Assembly: GCA_026025075.1 (NCBI GenBank)
Contig: JAPEUI010000056.1
Coordinates: forward strand, 1-64,000
Source of the DNA: Vezdaea acicularis
Lineage: Eukaryota
DNA length: 64,000 bases
Direction: 5' to 3'
Shown: positions 27,396-39,399 of the stretch, piece after piece
How the letters are laid out: each line of letters starts with the position of its first letter
How positions within the stretch are numbered: position 1 is the stretch's first letter
The notes under the pieces: model-generated
What the model was told of the DNA's origin: nothing
What the model saw: only the letters and a program-made list of their open reading frames with translations
Databases searched by the model: none
Made by a program: the position numbers and the translations under genes

Positions 27396-29152
27396 TTAGG
27401 ATGCTGCAAGTTCCTTCGAGACCTCTTCGCCAATGATTTTCCGCATTCCTTCTAACCCTTGATCTCGAGCAACAGACCGCACCCGTCTCTTCTTTAAGTC
27501 GAGGCCCTTCAGTTCTTCGGGTTGTATGGCTTCAAAGCTGAAGGCGCCACCAATGTTTCCGCCAACACCTAGGGCCATACTGACTGCTTCTGCAAACTTA
27601 GCCGGGTGAGCCGTTGCAAGACAAACATGATGCATCCTTGGAGGTGGAGCTCGTTTGATAGATCTTAGGCTTGCTTCGATACCTACCGCTGTGTGCGGAT
27701 CTAGGACGTAGCCTTTGCTTAGGGCTGAAGTATTCATTCCTGTCGCGGTCCCCGCTTGAGACGCTTTAAGCGTCAACTCAAAGATCATGATGATGATCTG
27801 CGTCGTTTGCAGGCATGAGACTCGTTCACTTTCAAAGTCCCGCTTTGCAATCTCGAGCACCTCAGGGCTGACGGTAAAGCCGTCTTTTGATTTCAAGTCG
27901 TTGTACCAACTTTGAACCTTCTCGCCCGCTATTCTGCGCTTAGACGTCTCGTCACCTTCACCATAACTCTCGTAGGCTAGATACCACAACAGACGTTCGA
28001 AGTTGCTGCTGACGAGGATGTCCATAGCTGGACTGAGGGTCTCCCTCACGCCTTCTTCATGAGCTTGAGCTCCGTCATCCTTAAAACCGCCATTTTTGAG
28101 TGTACATTTGGTCTCCTGTCCCGGATCGGGACGTTTCTTGTAGTGTCCCGTCTTCCAGAAACGGTCCAGTATATCATTCTCGTTGGTCGCTATCACAAGT
28201 TTATCCGTTCTTAGACCCATGCGTTTCGCAAAGTAGCCCGCTAGGATGTCACCAAAGTTTCCTGTTGGCACAACGAAACGAATCTCATTTCCTCTCTCGA
28301 AAACCGAGGACTTGGTAAGATCGAAGTATGACTTGAAATAGTACGTGATCTGAGCAAGGATTCTCGCCCAATTAATGGAGTTGACCGCGGCTAAATTCTG
28401 TGTTTTGTTTATGATAGGATCTGCGAAGAGCGCCTTGACAATGTCCTGGCAGTCATCGAAAGTTCCGTCAACGGCTAGATTGTGTACGTTCGCATCCAAG
28501 ACTGTTGTCATCTGAGCCTCTTGGACAGGGCTGATCTTTCCTTTCGGGTGCAATATGAAGACGGAGACGTCCTTCTTGCCCCGTAGTCCGTAGATCGCTG
28601 CCGACCCCGTGTCCCCACTCGTAGCGCCTATCACGGTCAGGTGGTGTCTCTTTTGCCCCGAGTGCCCCAGCTCCTTAGCGTTTCGTCTCACGAGAAAATA
28701 CTCGAAGAGGTTGCCCAGCAGTTGCAGCGCAACATCCTTGAAGGCGAAGGTGGGTCCATGGAAGAGCTCCAGGACATGTAGTCGCTCTTCACCCAACAAG
28801 GTGACGAGAGGCGACACCTCAGGGTTGCGGAAGGTAGAGTAGCTCCTCTTGATGATATCTTTAAGATCCGCAGGAGGAATCTCTTGAGGGCAGATGTAAA
28901 GTGAAAAGACCTCGTATGCAAGCCCACAAAAGTCGAGGTCTTTCCACTCCGTCTCCCAATTGGGGGGTAGCCTCGGTATTGCTTCGGGTATGAATAGTCC
29001 ACCATCGGACGCGAGGCCCTTCATGACCACATCCTCGAAGGATAACTACGTTGATTCAGCTAGGGGGGCGGAATGCAAGAGAGGATTTCTACATCGTATG
29101 AGCCACCACGGGTACTCAAATAGCGTTGCGATTCGGTAGCAGCAGCAGCCAT
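27396..29152 (-). CDS. THR4: Threonine synthase, 2 exons (intron 29046-29092)
   Basis: RYLSTRG, GLASDGGLF, ELFHGPTFAFKDVALQ (PLP lysine), ATSGDTGSAA, NSINWARI, VPTGNFGD, SPAMDILVSSNFER and DPHTAV. Confidence 0.97.
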
Positions 29153-30277
29153 CTCTGCGTCTATAGTGCCGTTGATATACGAGGGAGGTTTGAAGGGCGT
29201 TGGAGTTTGGGAAACAAGTGCATGTGCTACATGTCAATAATGGGGAAACGCATGGGCTTCTTGAGTACTGGCTCTGTAAATTTGCACAGCGGCATGCGAA
29301 ATGATGGCCATGGTTAGGGTTCAAACATATGTCAAGGTGGGGCTTGAAAGATTTTGGTGGGGGACCGGCGCACAACCGCGACTTGCAAGGATCGGGCGGT
29401 CAGGCACACGGACAACGGAAAAAAAATGTCTTGGCACACACCTCGGCTGGCCTCGCTTACTGCCTATAAATGCCCCGTCGCACCCACATTCTTCTCTCTT
29501 CTTTTTCTTTTCTCTACACGACGATACTTGTGAGTCCCCCGCCACGATGAGCTCTGGCTACCCAGAGCCGTCCCCAGCTGCATACTGACTTCCTCGCAGC
29601 ATAGAATCATTTCTATAGTAGACGTCCTCTTCTGAGCTCCTTACCAGAGCCACAGAATCTCCAACCTATGTGATGATTGATATCCTCGCTGCCCAAGAGT
29701 GAAGCCTTTTGCTCTCACGCAATCGTGGTGCTTTGGCGCCCCTTTGCAGAGGGCGGTGATGATCTCAATCCTGTCTCGGCGTCTGGTTCTGCCGGCCTGA
29801 GCAGGATGGGTGGTGATGGAAGTCTGATAGGCTGCTCCGAGTGGGATTTGAGGTGAAAATTGGTTGGACTGTGGCTTAGGGTTGGGGCTTGGATGCGGAT
29901 GTCGAAGAATGGTTCACGGGTAGATGCTTAGAGTATATAGCATCAATACAAGCGAGTTTAACAGATTCCTCCTCATCGATCTATTTTCCCTTCGCCCTGT
30001 GGTGACCATTCGTGTGATCATGCTAGATGACGTTGAGTCTCCAAAATTGGCCCACATGAAGCTCAAGACCTTCCTTGAGCTTCATGTCAAATGTGTCTCG
30101 TAGAGGAAGTGATCAACTCTCCATATGGCGATATTTGTCGGTCTTTGTCGTCCATTGCATGGTGACGGCCATATATGGGACCGAGCTTGAGTCTCACCCA
30201 CAGTAGAAATTGGCGAAGCCACCCATTCTCACGGTATGTCTATAGGGAAAGAAGCTACTATCCAAACCCAAGAGACA

Positions 30278-31798
30278 TGCCACCCGGGAAACGGACAGTC
30301 GTCTTCCTTCACCCTGACTTGGGCATAGGGGGCGCCGAACGTCTGATAATCGACGCTGCGCTCGGACTTCAAGAGCTTGGGTATAAAGTCGTCATCTATA
30401 CCTCTCATTGCGACCCAGCCCACTGCTTCGATGAGGCCCGAGATGGTACTTATTGCTCACAATCCTGCCCTACGAGACAATAGCTAATGATCATCAAGGT
30501 ACCCTCGACGTTCGTACACATGAATCCTTCGTTCCACCTCATTTCTTCGGCCAGCTCTCCATTCTCTGTGCGATCCTCCGACAGATCCACCTCGTCCTTT
30601 ACATAACCATCTTTAGCAACCAACTCTCTTCTCTCAAGCCTACAGCATTCATCGTTGATCAGCTCAGCGCAGGTATTCCTCTGCTCACGCTTTTCTATCC
30701 TGCCTCGCCTACCCTCTTCTACTGCCATTTCCCAGACAAACTCTTGGCAAGCCGGAAAAGCTGGCTGAAACGAATATATCGGCTACCCTTTGATACAGCG
30801 GAAGAATGGAGTACGGGCTGGGCGGCGAGGATAGTAGTGAACTCCAAGTTCACGGAGAAGATAGTAAGGGATGTCTTCCCTTCATTAAGCAAGAAGGAGA
30901 TCAACATCGTGTATCCCTGCGTCGACATTGCGCCTGCTTCGAAGGACGACGAGGAGCAAGACAGCCTATGGAAAGACAAGAAGATACTACTTAGTATCAA
31001 CCGGTTTGAGCGTAAGAAGAATATAGAGCTTGCTCTGCGTGCCTTTGCTGGCTTGTCGGCGAAGGAGAGGGAAGGAGTGCGTCTCGTCATCGCTGGTACG
31101 GCCTCTGTTCTTGCCAATCCCCTGCAGCCTCTTGTGCCTCAACTAACTTCGGTCTTGTCCCATCAGGTGGCTATGACCGCCGCGTTCCTGAAAATGTCTC
31201 CTACCATCTCGAGTTAGCTACATTGGCGGATTCTTTATCCCTTAGCCACTCGACTGCCTCCACTCTCCCAACCGCGCTGTCAATTCCCGCCTCCACTTCC
31301 GTCCTCTTCCTCTTGAATTGCCCCTCCAAGCTGAAGTCCCTTCTTCTCCGTAGCGCGCTCCTCCTGCTCTACACGCCCGCAAACGAGCACTTCGGCATCG
31401 TACCACTTGAAGCCATGCTAGCACGAACCCCTGTGCTAGCAGTCAACAGCGGCGGGCCACTGGAGACGGTCGTTGAAGGCCGCACAGGCTTTCTGAGGGG
31501 CGACCACGATGACACCGAGTGGACGGCAGTCATCCTCGATTTCTTAGCCATGCCGGACGAAGAGTTGCGGCAAGTAGGCGAGAATGGGAGGAAGAGGGTG
31601 GAGCAGCTCTTCTCGAGGGAGAAGATGGCGACAACTCTCGAGAAGGAGGTCAAGGGGATGGTGGAGGAGTGGGATGGGAGGGAAAGGAAACGAGATGCCG
31701 TTGTTTGGCTTGGGGTCTTGGGTGTTTTCGTCGTGGTGGGGGTTAGTTGGATAGGGAAGATTCTCATGTACAGATATAACTTTCCGGAGGCGTACTAG
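30278..31798 (+). CDS. ALG2: Alpha-1,3/1,6-mannosyltransferase Alg2, 3 exons
   Basis: FLHPDLGIGGAERLIIDAA, HCFDEARDG, YCHFPDKLL, LSINRFERKKN, GGYD.RV.EN and YTPANEHFGIVPLEAM. Confidence 0.95.
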
Positions 31799-31945
31799 CG
31801 ATCATTGTATGACCAGAGATCTATGCCTACCCTTCCCTATGACGGTGAAAAAGCCTGTTCTGCTCACGATTGCTGATGCCCGCTCCCAAAACACCCTCTC
31901 TGCCTTTGCCTCCGTATGGCTGACTATGCCATCCAACGCCAACGC

Positions 31946-33816
31946 TCAAATTGCAATTCCCCGAACAACCCATGCCGACGCCCAATTACCCCTCCACGCC
32001 CAGTACCACAAACCTCCCGCAACCCCAACAGCGCCACATACACCCCCAAACGTCCACTGATAGCAGCCGATCCCAAAGCACTCGCCCCCTTCACTCCCAA
32101 CATGACCCTGATAGACCGCCGAGTAGACAATCCCCCACACCGCCGCGCCAAACGCCGGCACCATGGCAACACAACCCCAGTTCGTCCCAAAATTCTCAAC
32201 GCCCCACACGACACTGATGACGATGGGGACTAGCGAGAATGTCGCGCCGTAGCCTGCGCCGACGAGCGTGGAGACGATCCAGAACCTGTCTGCATGGTCT
32301 TGAGCGATGCCGGCAGCGAGCAGGAAGCTGCCGAGGAAGAGGAGAGCGGTGGATATAAGCAAGAAGGTCATGCGGGAGATGGTGAAGCGGGGTTTGGGGG
32401 GAAGGGAGACGAGGGAGGAGTGTGCGCTGAGCGGGCGGGGGGCGGATCGTGGTGCGAAGAGGTCGGTGAGTGTTCCTGTTAAGATGCGGGCTATAGTCGA
32501 GGAGAGGGCGACGAGGGAGACGTGGGTGGCGGCTGAGGTGATTGGGGTGTGTGAATGGGGCGGGGAGAGGGTGTTGATTATTGTGCCGAGCTAGAAGAGA
32601 GATTCGTTAGCCCTGAGTTGTTATAAAGGGAAGGACAATTAGAGAGAACGGAAAGAAACGGGTGTAGTACGTTATTGATAAAGGCCTCTCCTGGGCCAGT
32701 GACCAGGAAGAAACCGCCAGCGAGGAACCACATGGTAGGGTCTTTGAGGAAGGAGCTTGTCTGTTGGTTGAGGAACCAGGTCTTCTTCCGCTTCTCCTCT
32801 TCACCGAGTGTCTCCCTGTCCTCTTCCTCCTCTATTTCATGGTCGATACTACCATACCCGTTCTCCCTTCCGATGAAGTGCTCACTTTCGGTCAGCAAGC
32901 CACTCCTCTCCAACTCCTCGATGCCTTCATCAATTAGATCTCCTTCGTCCACTACCCTTAAGCCAATTGTACCAATACATCCTGCAGCGAACAAGGTCCC
33001 GCTCAAGAAGAGAAAATACCGAAATACATCGACATTGCCCCTTCCACCATCTGGTAGCCGCTCATACAGCAGCCGGCTCCCCACTTGGCTCTGCCATAGC
33101 CCGCTCAGGCCGAACGCCGCTATTGGCAGCGCAAGTGCCATTCCTGCATGTTCTCCTCTTCCAAAGTTCTTTGCGCAAGTCGTCACTGCGCTAAGATACA
33201 TGCAGCTTGTTCCCATACCGACGCCCGCGAATGCCAGCACCATCAGGCCAAAGGGCCAGCCCTCGCCCTCGGCGCTTGGCGGAGGCCCGCTACGGTAGGT
33301 AAATGCCGCGAGCAGATAGCCTAGGCCGAACGTCGTACCAGAGAACAGGGAGAGGGGGGAGGGCGAGAAGCGGTCGCAGAGATAACCGAAAATCGGGACG
33401 GGGAGGTACATGGAGAGCTCGGCGGCGATGGAGACGATGTTGACTTGAAGTTGCGTATAGCGCAGGCGCGAGAGAAACATGTGGCCGTAGAGGGAGTATG
33501 CTGTAATTGAGCCGGCGCAGAGACTAGGAATAGCTTTCAGTCAGACAATTGAATAGAAGGACTCCAGCGAAGCCGGCAAAACGTGCCAGTTGAAGATCGC
33601 ATTTGCGAAGCTTAGATATCGCATCCACTGCCGCCGTCTTTTCTGCCGCACTATGGAGCTGGATACGGAGGGCGTGATACTGATGGTATCGCCCGCATAG
33701 AAGCTGGTTCCAGAGTCGTCTGAGCCATCAGTGCGGTGGTACAAGAGAGCAGATTGCTCATCGCTAGGCAACTTCTTGCCGTTCACCGAGTGGCCATTGG
33801 AGATAACTGGAGACAT
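31946..33816 (-). CDS. MCH1: MFS transporter, Mch1/nodulin-like, 3 exons
   Basis: CAGSITAYSLYG, ELSMYLPVPIFGYLCDR, SAVTTCAKNF, PIAAFGLSG, TGPGEAFINN and VWGVENFGTNWG; about 12 TM segments. Confidence 0.88.
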
Positions 33817-34392
33817 GGCCTCATTGCCACAAACGGGAGAAGCTGGTGGAGGGTAAAGGGTGGGTTTATGGGAAGAAGTGTGGAGAGTGCTGGCGTGAGC
33901 CGTCGAACAAGCTAATGTTGATGCTGGACGTGACACGCGGAAGGTTGAGCTGTTACTTTGCTCGACTTTCTACTGTAGCATGACGCAATTCTGCAGTACC
34001 TTGTGCCCTACAGGGCTTGACTGGAGCTCTCATGCAAGACGAAATGGTCACGAGAATCTACATCTGTTCAAGGCGTACTTAGCCGCGAATACGCTGTTAA
34101 TTTCCAAAAGATGTTCGAGAAGGTTCAACACCGGCTGGACTATATTTCTAACATTTGGCATGTCAAGTTCCTCTCCTAGGTCTTCACCTGAAGCCGAATT
34201 GTCGCTTAAAGCCACGAGCCTCACCTTCCGCACACTAAGAAAGGAACGCCGCGTCGCGACATTGTGTCAAATTTGTTCAGGCCCACAACACATTCTCATT
34301 ACATTCAGCCGGGCGCCTCAATAAATCTTGCTTCTCATGCTTGTGAATTCTCTGTGTACAGCTTGTATCTCGCCCGGGCGGCGCTGAACACA

Positions 34393-35617
34393 ATGGTAAG
34401 GTTCTTTCATCATCTTCGTCCCTCTGCAGGGCTGACCGGTATGCATCAGGCTTCTTCTACAGCTTCCACAGCGACACCCTTACAACATGTCTTCGAGACG
34501 CGGGTGGAGGAAACCAAAGTTCCGAAGGGGTAAGCTCTGAACACTCATTTCGTTTTCGCTGCCGCACACCTGCCCTGTGTCGAATGATGCTTCTTATATC
34601 AAGTTGGGAATCTCTCTGAAAAAGCTTGAGGAGAACATATTAACTTGTCTTTCTGACTTCCTATCTCTCTTTGAGCTGCCGACATGTCCCTTAATTCCTC
34701 AGATGATCTTGATCCGCTGACGGTGATCATACGTCTCGACAGAGACATAAATTTTCTAATTATGGACTACTTGGTCAACGAAGGCTATCCATCTGCAGCC
34801 CAAAAGTTTGCGCTCGAGGCCAACATACAGCCAAGAGCCCTCGTCGACTGCATTCAGGAACGGGTGCAAATACGCAATGCTATTCATAGTGGTGACATCC
34901 AACGAGCTATCGAAAGCATCAACGAGCTGAACTCTCAGGTTAGTCCTTCATATCGTTAAACTTCCTTCCCGGAACGAAATTGCTATGATTATACAAGTTT
35001 CATGCACCACTCTTATATCCTTCTGGAAAATGGTGATAATACAACCTAGACTTCAGTCCTCAGTCTGAGCACAATTGTTTTTTCAATAATACACGCTGCT
35101 ATATCCATGATTCCATTTTATATTGATGAATGTGTAGATTCTAGACTCCGACCCGGCTTTACACTTCTCACTACTTCGATTGCAGCTCGTTGAGCTCATT
35201 CGAACTTGCACTGCAACACCTAATGGCGACATTGCACCAGCACTGGAGTTTGCAACCACCATGCTAGCACCTCGGGCACCAACAAACCCGGCATTCCTAG
35301 AAGATCTGGAACGGACAATGGCACTTCTCATTTTCCCACCAGAAAACCTAGTACGCCCTTTGGCCGATATACTTGATCCGAAGCTTCGCAGAGAGGTCGC
35401 CAACAGTGTGAATCAGGCCATACTCAGTAGTCAAGGGGCAGCCAGGGAGGCAAAGATTAGACAGCTGGTGAGAATGCGGACCTGGGCAGAGCAGAAGGCT
35501 CGCGAGGGGAAAAAGATACCACAGACTTTAGACCTCGGACTGAAGTTAGAGGACGATCATGATTACACTGAAGACAGTGCAATGCATGATGCGCGCGACG
35601 ATACCGAGTCTATGTAG
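34393..35617 (+). CDS. GID8: GID/CTLH complex subunit Gid8 (LisH-CTLH-CRA), exons 34393-34395, 34450-34529, 34743-34938, 35138-35617
   Basis: DINFLIMDYLVNEGYPSAAQKFALEAN (LisH), IRNAIHSGDIQRAIESINEL (CTLH), LHFSLLRLQLVELIR and LEDLERTMALLIF (CRA). Confidence 0.88.
34578..34660 (+). ncRNA. Intronic box C/D snoRNA, predicted guide for LSU rRNA GAG(Am)UUCCC (site of SNORD79/U79-type guides)
   Basis: Box C ATGATGC 34584-34590, D' CTGA 34616-34619, C' TTGAGGA 34626-34632, D CTGA 34653-34656. TGGGAATCTC before D' is complementary to conserved LSU GAGAUUCCCA. Confidence 0.8.
34978..35076 (+). ncRNA. Intronic box C/D snoRNA, snR40/U32-like guide for 18S Gm1271 (yeast numbering), with a second LSU guide
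   Basis: Box C ATGATTA 34985-34991; CATGCACCAC 35001-35010 complementary to 18S GUGGUGCAUG; D' CTTA 35012-35015; D CTGA 35065-35068; imperfect terminal stem AATTGC / GCACAATT. Confidence 0.78.
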
Positions 35618-36032
35618 ACCGTTTGATGCTAGCATTGGGATGTAGGTAGTTGCTTCTGATTGGCGGCGCAACATGGTTTCAAAACAGGCAATGAGAAGGG
35701 TGAAGGGGTGCTCCTGGTCAAAGGCTCTGGCGTTACAACAGGAATTGGTAGTGAAAAGCAATGTTTGGGAGTGCTGCGGCGTTTTGGTGGAGGTTTCATG
35801 TACAACAATGCTCGGGGAATTGTTAATTAACCTGGATGAACCTCGGCTTGTCCCGCAATTAAGCGGACGAAATCTTGGCATTTTCGCCCACTCGTCGAGA
35901 GACGAATTTCTCCGAAATGATTGAAACCTTCAAAGCTCGCTGCCAAAATGCTGAATCCCTGACCGAAATGGCCTTATAGAAATCCTCTAGCCATTTGTTA
36001 GAACGATCGGTCCTGCCCCTTCGAACCTCGAG

Positions 36033-38294
36033 ATGAGGCAAACAAAAGGGCAGAAAAGGCCCTCGGGGCACAATGCAGACAGCTCCGACGTGACTTGTAG
36101 GTCTCCTAGCACCCGCTCATATGACCATCTACATGACTGACCCAAAAATGTAGCCGATCCTCGCTTTGCAAATATCTCTACAGATCCCCGGTTCCGGCTG
36201 CCCTCAAAACGAAGTACCCATGTCTCGATTGATAACCGATTCTCTCGTATGCTCAAAGATGACGATTTCTCCAAGAAGGCTTCAGTAGACCGATACGGCA
36301 GAAAGATACGGAAGGAAGACAGCGCGAGAGAGCTTGAGCGAATATACAGGGTTAAAGGCAGCGAAGACGCCGGATCTGGGGACCAACGCCAAGAAAGCGA
36401 GAGTGATGATGTGCCCGATGACGATAGAGAAGTTGCCCGGGAGCTAGAGCGCGCGAATCAGAATTATGATCCTGCGCGGGACGGAGGCTTCTCTTCATCT
36501 TCCGAGGATTCTGAGGAGGAAGATGAGGAGGATATAGAAGACGTTGACGTTGAGGAGGAAGTTTTCGGCTTTCCCGATGCTCAAGAGAATGGACAGAACG
36601 GCGTACCCATGGGGGATGTTTCGTCACGAATCGCAGTAGTCAACCTTGACTGGGACCACATACGAGCAGCAGATCTACTCGCTGTCTTCAGCAGCTTTTG
36701 TCCACCAACAGGGCATATCAAGAAAATTGCAGTCTATCCGAGTGAGTTCGGCAAAGAGCGAATGGAGCGAGAGGAAATGGAAGGCCCCCCCCCGGAGATA
36801 TTTGCAGGCGTGAATGACAAGAGACAACCCAAAGATATAGAGGAGGAAGACAGCGTGAAAGGCCTTGAAGAAGAGGGAGACGATGACGAAGAAGCCGACG
36901 AGGAGGAGGAAGAGGCCAAGATTAGGGAGTCACTGCTACAAGAGGACAATAGCGAGGACTTTAATTCTGCAAAGCTTCGCCGTTATCAGCTGGAGCGTCT
37001 CAGGTATTACTATGCGGTAATCACAGTGTCATCCCCCGAGACAGCAAGAGCTCTGTATGACGCTACTGACGGAACGGAATACCTGACAACCGCAAATTTC
37101 TTTGATCTACGATTCGTACCTGATGACGTGTCTTTTGACGACGAAGCAAGGGATGAGTGCGAGAGCATACCTAACGGATACAAGCCAAATGACTTCGTTA
37201 CTGATGCTTTACAACACTCAAAGGTCCGCCTCACGTGGGATGCTGATGATCCAGCCCGCAAAGAAAGTGTTAAAAGAGCGTTCACCGGCAGCAGAGAGGC
37301 AATCGATGAGAACGACCTCAAAGCTTATCTTGCCAGTGATACCTCTGATAGCGACCAACAGGTTGAAGAGCTTGCGGATGATGGCGTTCCGCGAGTCTCA
37401 AACAAAGCAGCGGAGAGACGAAGACTGAGGGCAGCTCTAGGTTTGGGAGAAGAACCAGTCTCGAAGTCAAAGGAAAAGACTTCAGCGCCCGTTGGAGATA
37501 TGCAAGTCACGTTTACTTCAGGACTCTCCTCCAAAAATGGTGCTGAATCCGTTTTCGAGAATAAGCCTGTTGCAGAAGAGACGACAGTGGAGAGATACGT
37601 GCGCAAAGAGAAAGAGCGAAAATTACGACGGAAGGAAAAGATGAAGGCCAGCAGAGCCGGCGAAAGTGCAAAAGCAGGTATTGATGTGGTGCCACCACCA
37701 GATAGTGATGGCAAAGAAGAGGTTGAGGCGGACCTTGGCTTTAATGATCCATTCTTCGAGGACAGTAAGGCCGAAAACGTCGCTGGGCAGGCGAAGGCCA
37801 ACCGTAAAGCCGCAAAGCTTGCTCGTAGAGCAGAGCGCGAAACTGAAAAGGCGGAAGAAGCGTCGAAGCGAGCGGAGCTTGAACTGCTAATGGTTGAAGA
37901 CGATCATGGAACAGTGAATTCGGCACAAAGGCTAGCTCACTTTGATATCAATGATGTCTTGAAGTCCGAAAAAGCAAGTAGTAAGAAACGAAAGGGAAGA
38001 AAGTCGAAAGAAAGTACGATGAAAACAGGTGCACAGGCGGACTTCAAGATGGACGTCAAAGATCCTAGGTTTAGTAACCTATACGATAGTCACGAATACG
38101 CCATCGATCCGACCAATCCAAAGTTCAAGGGTACTAAGGGGATGCACGCGTTGTTAGAGGAAGGTAGAAGAAAACGAACGAGAGATGAGGACACCAAAGA
38201 GAACATACTAGCTTTGAAGAGAAGTAAGAAAGCGTCAGCAAACAATAAAGATGACCTGCATCAATTGATGGAGAAAGTCAAAAGGAAGGCATAA
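36033..38294 (+). CDS. ESF1: Pre-rRNA processing protein Esf1, 2 exons (intron 36097-36153)
   Basis: DPRFANISTDPRFR, VDRYGRK, RIAVVNLDWDHIRAADL, YPSEFGKERM.REE..GPP, LRRYQLERLRYYYAV, DLRFVPD and DPRFSNLYDSHEYAIDPTNPKFK (NUC153). Confidence 0.95.
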
Positions 38295-39399
38295 AGTCCT
38301 TGGGAGGATCTATATGATGCTACCTTTGAGCGGATACCTACACAGTACGGCAACTCAATTAATGTATGAGTATATTAGGGGCTCGTGAAAGCTGACTGGC
38401 CTCTCCTGCATGGAATAAATTACATCGTTTTGCACCTGGTGAATGCAGCAGCTTCGTAGTAGCTTCCCCAAGTGGTTTCGGCGCCAGTACACCTGGCACT
38501 TGCTAGATTCCACGGCTTGATTCACCTTGACATCCCTATCGTGCTTGTTGGGGACAAAGTCTTTCACCAACTTACCAGAAATCGCACTTATCCGTAGATA
38601 CGTACATCTTGGAAACCTCCAGGTCAGTAAGCTTTCGTCATGGCTCTGTTAGTTGTGAAAGGGAACTGAGACTTGAGCTGAAGGCGACCACGGTGGCGGG
38701 ATGACATGCAGACCTACCTGCAGGATACGCAGAGACTAGGGTATTGTTCATATCCCAGAAGACTCAAGGTTTGATCGCCATCACACTGTTGCATCAAGGT
38801 GAATTTTTATTGATGCTCGGCTGCTTGTAGGGATTTGCCTCGCGCATGACGCTAGACAATCCGGCGGGACGAGAGACCTGATCATCACCCCACCGTTCCC
38901 AGCGCAACGCTATCATTCTAATTCTCCAACTTTACAGCCAATTTTCTTAAACCTTGGACATACTCTGGGTGCTGAGTTCATTTCTAAAAGACTCTAAAGT
39001 TCTCCACCTTTTCTACAACAAGCTTTTGTCTAAGCGCTATCCTTGAGTGTCACTCCACTTCTCATTGTGGCGGAGCTAGGCCTCCCAAATTCTGTTATTA
39101 GGCTGACAGAAATAACGACATCGCGAGCTCCTAAAGCTCCTTCACTCCCTTCCAAGGACACCATTCTAAGGAGGATATATCAACTGTCACTTTCTACTCG
39201 GTAAGCGCAGAAACATCCGCTGAGCGAACCTTATCGACCGTCTGAGTAGCTAGGCGGGCAACTCTGAACAGGCATACTTCCTTTACGTTAGACACACCAA
39301 CGTTTCCTGCGTTAAGAACGCAAGCAAACTTCATAACCTTCAGTTGGCTTACCCCACGCTGCAACTGCGGCGTGCGGGTTTGCGTCGGAGGCCGGAAAG

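Noticed and set aside
31916..33298. Plus-strand ORFs over MCH1
   Set aside because: Antisense products of a GC-rich membrane-protein gene.
35046..35058. snoRNA D-guide resembling the complement of the tRNA-Phe anticodon arm
   Set aside because: It needs a gap and breaks the D+5 spacing; the contiguous LSU match explains it better.
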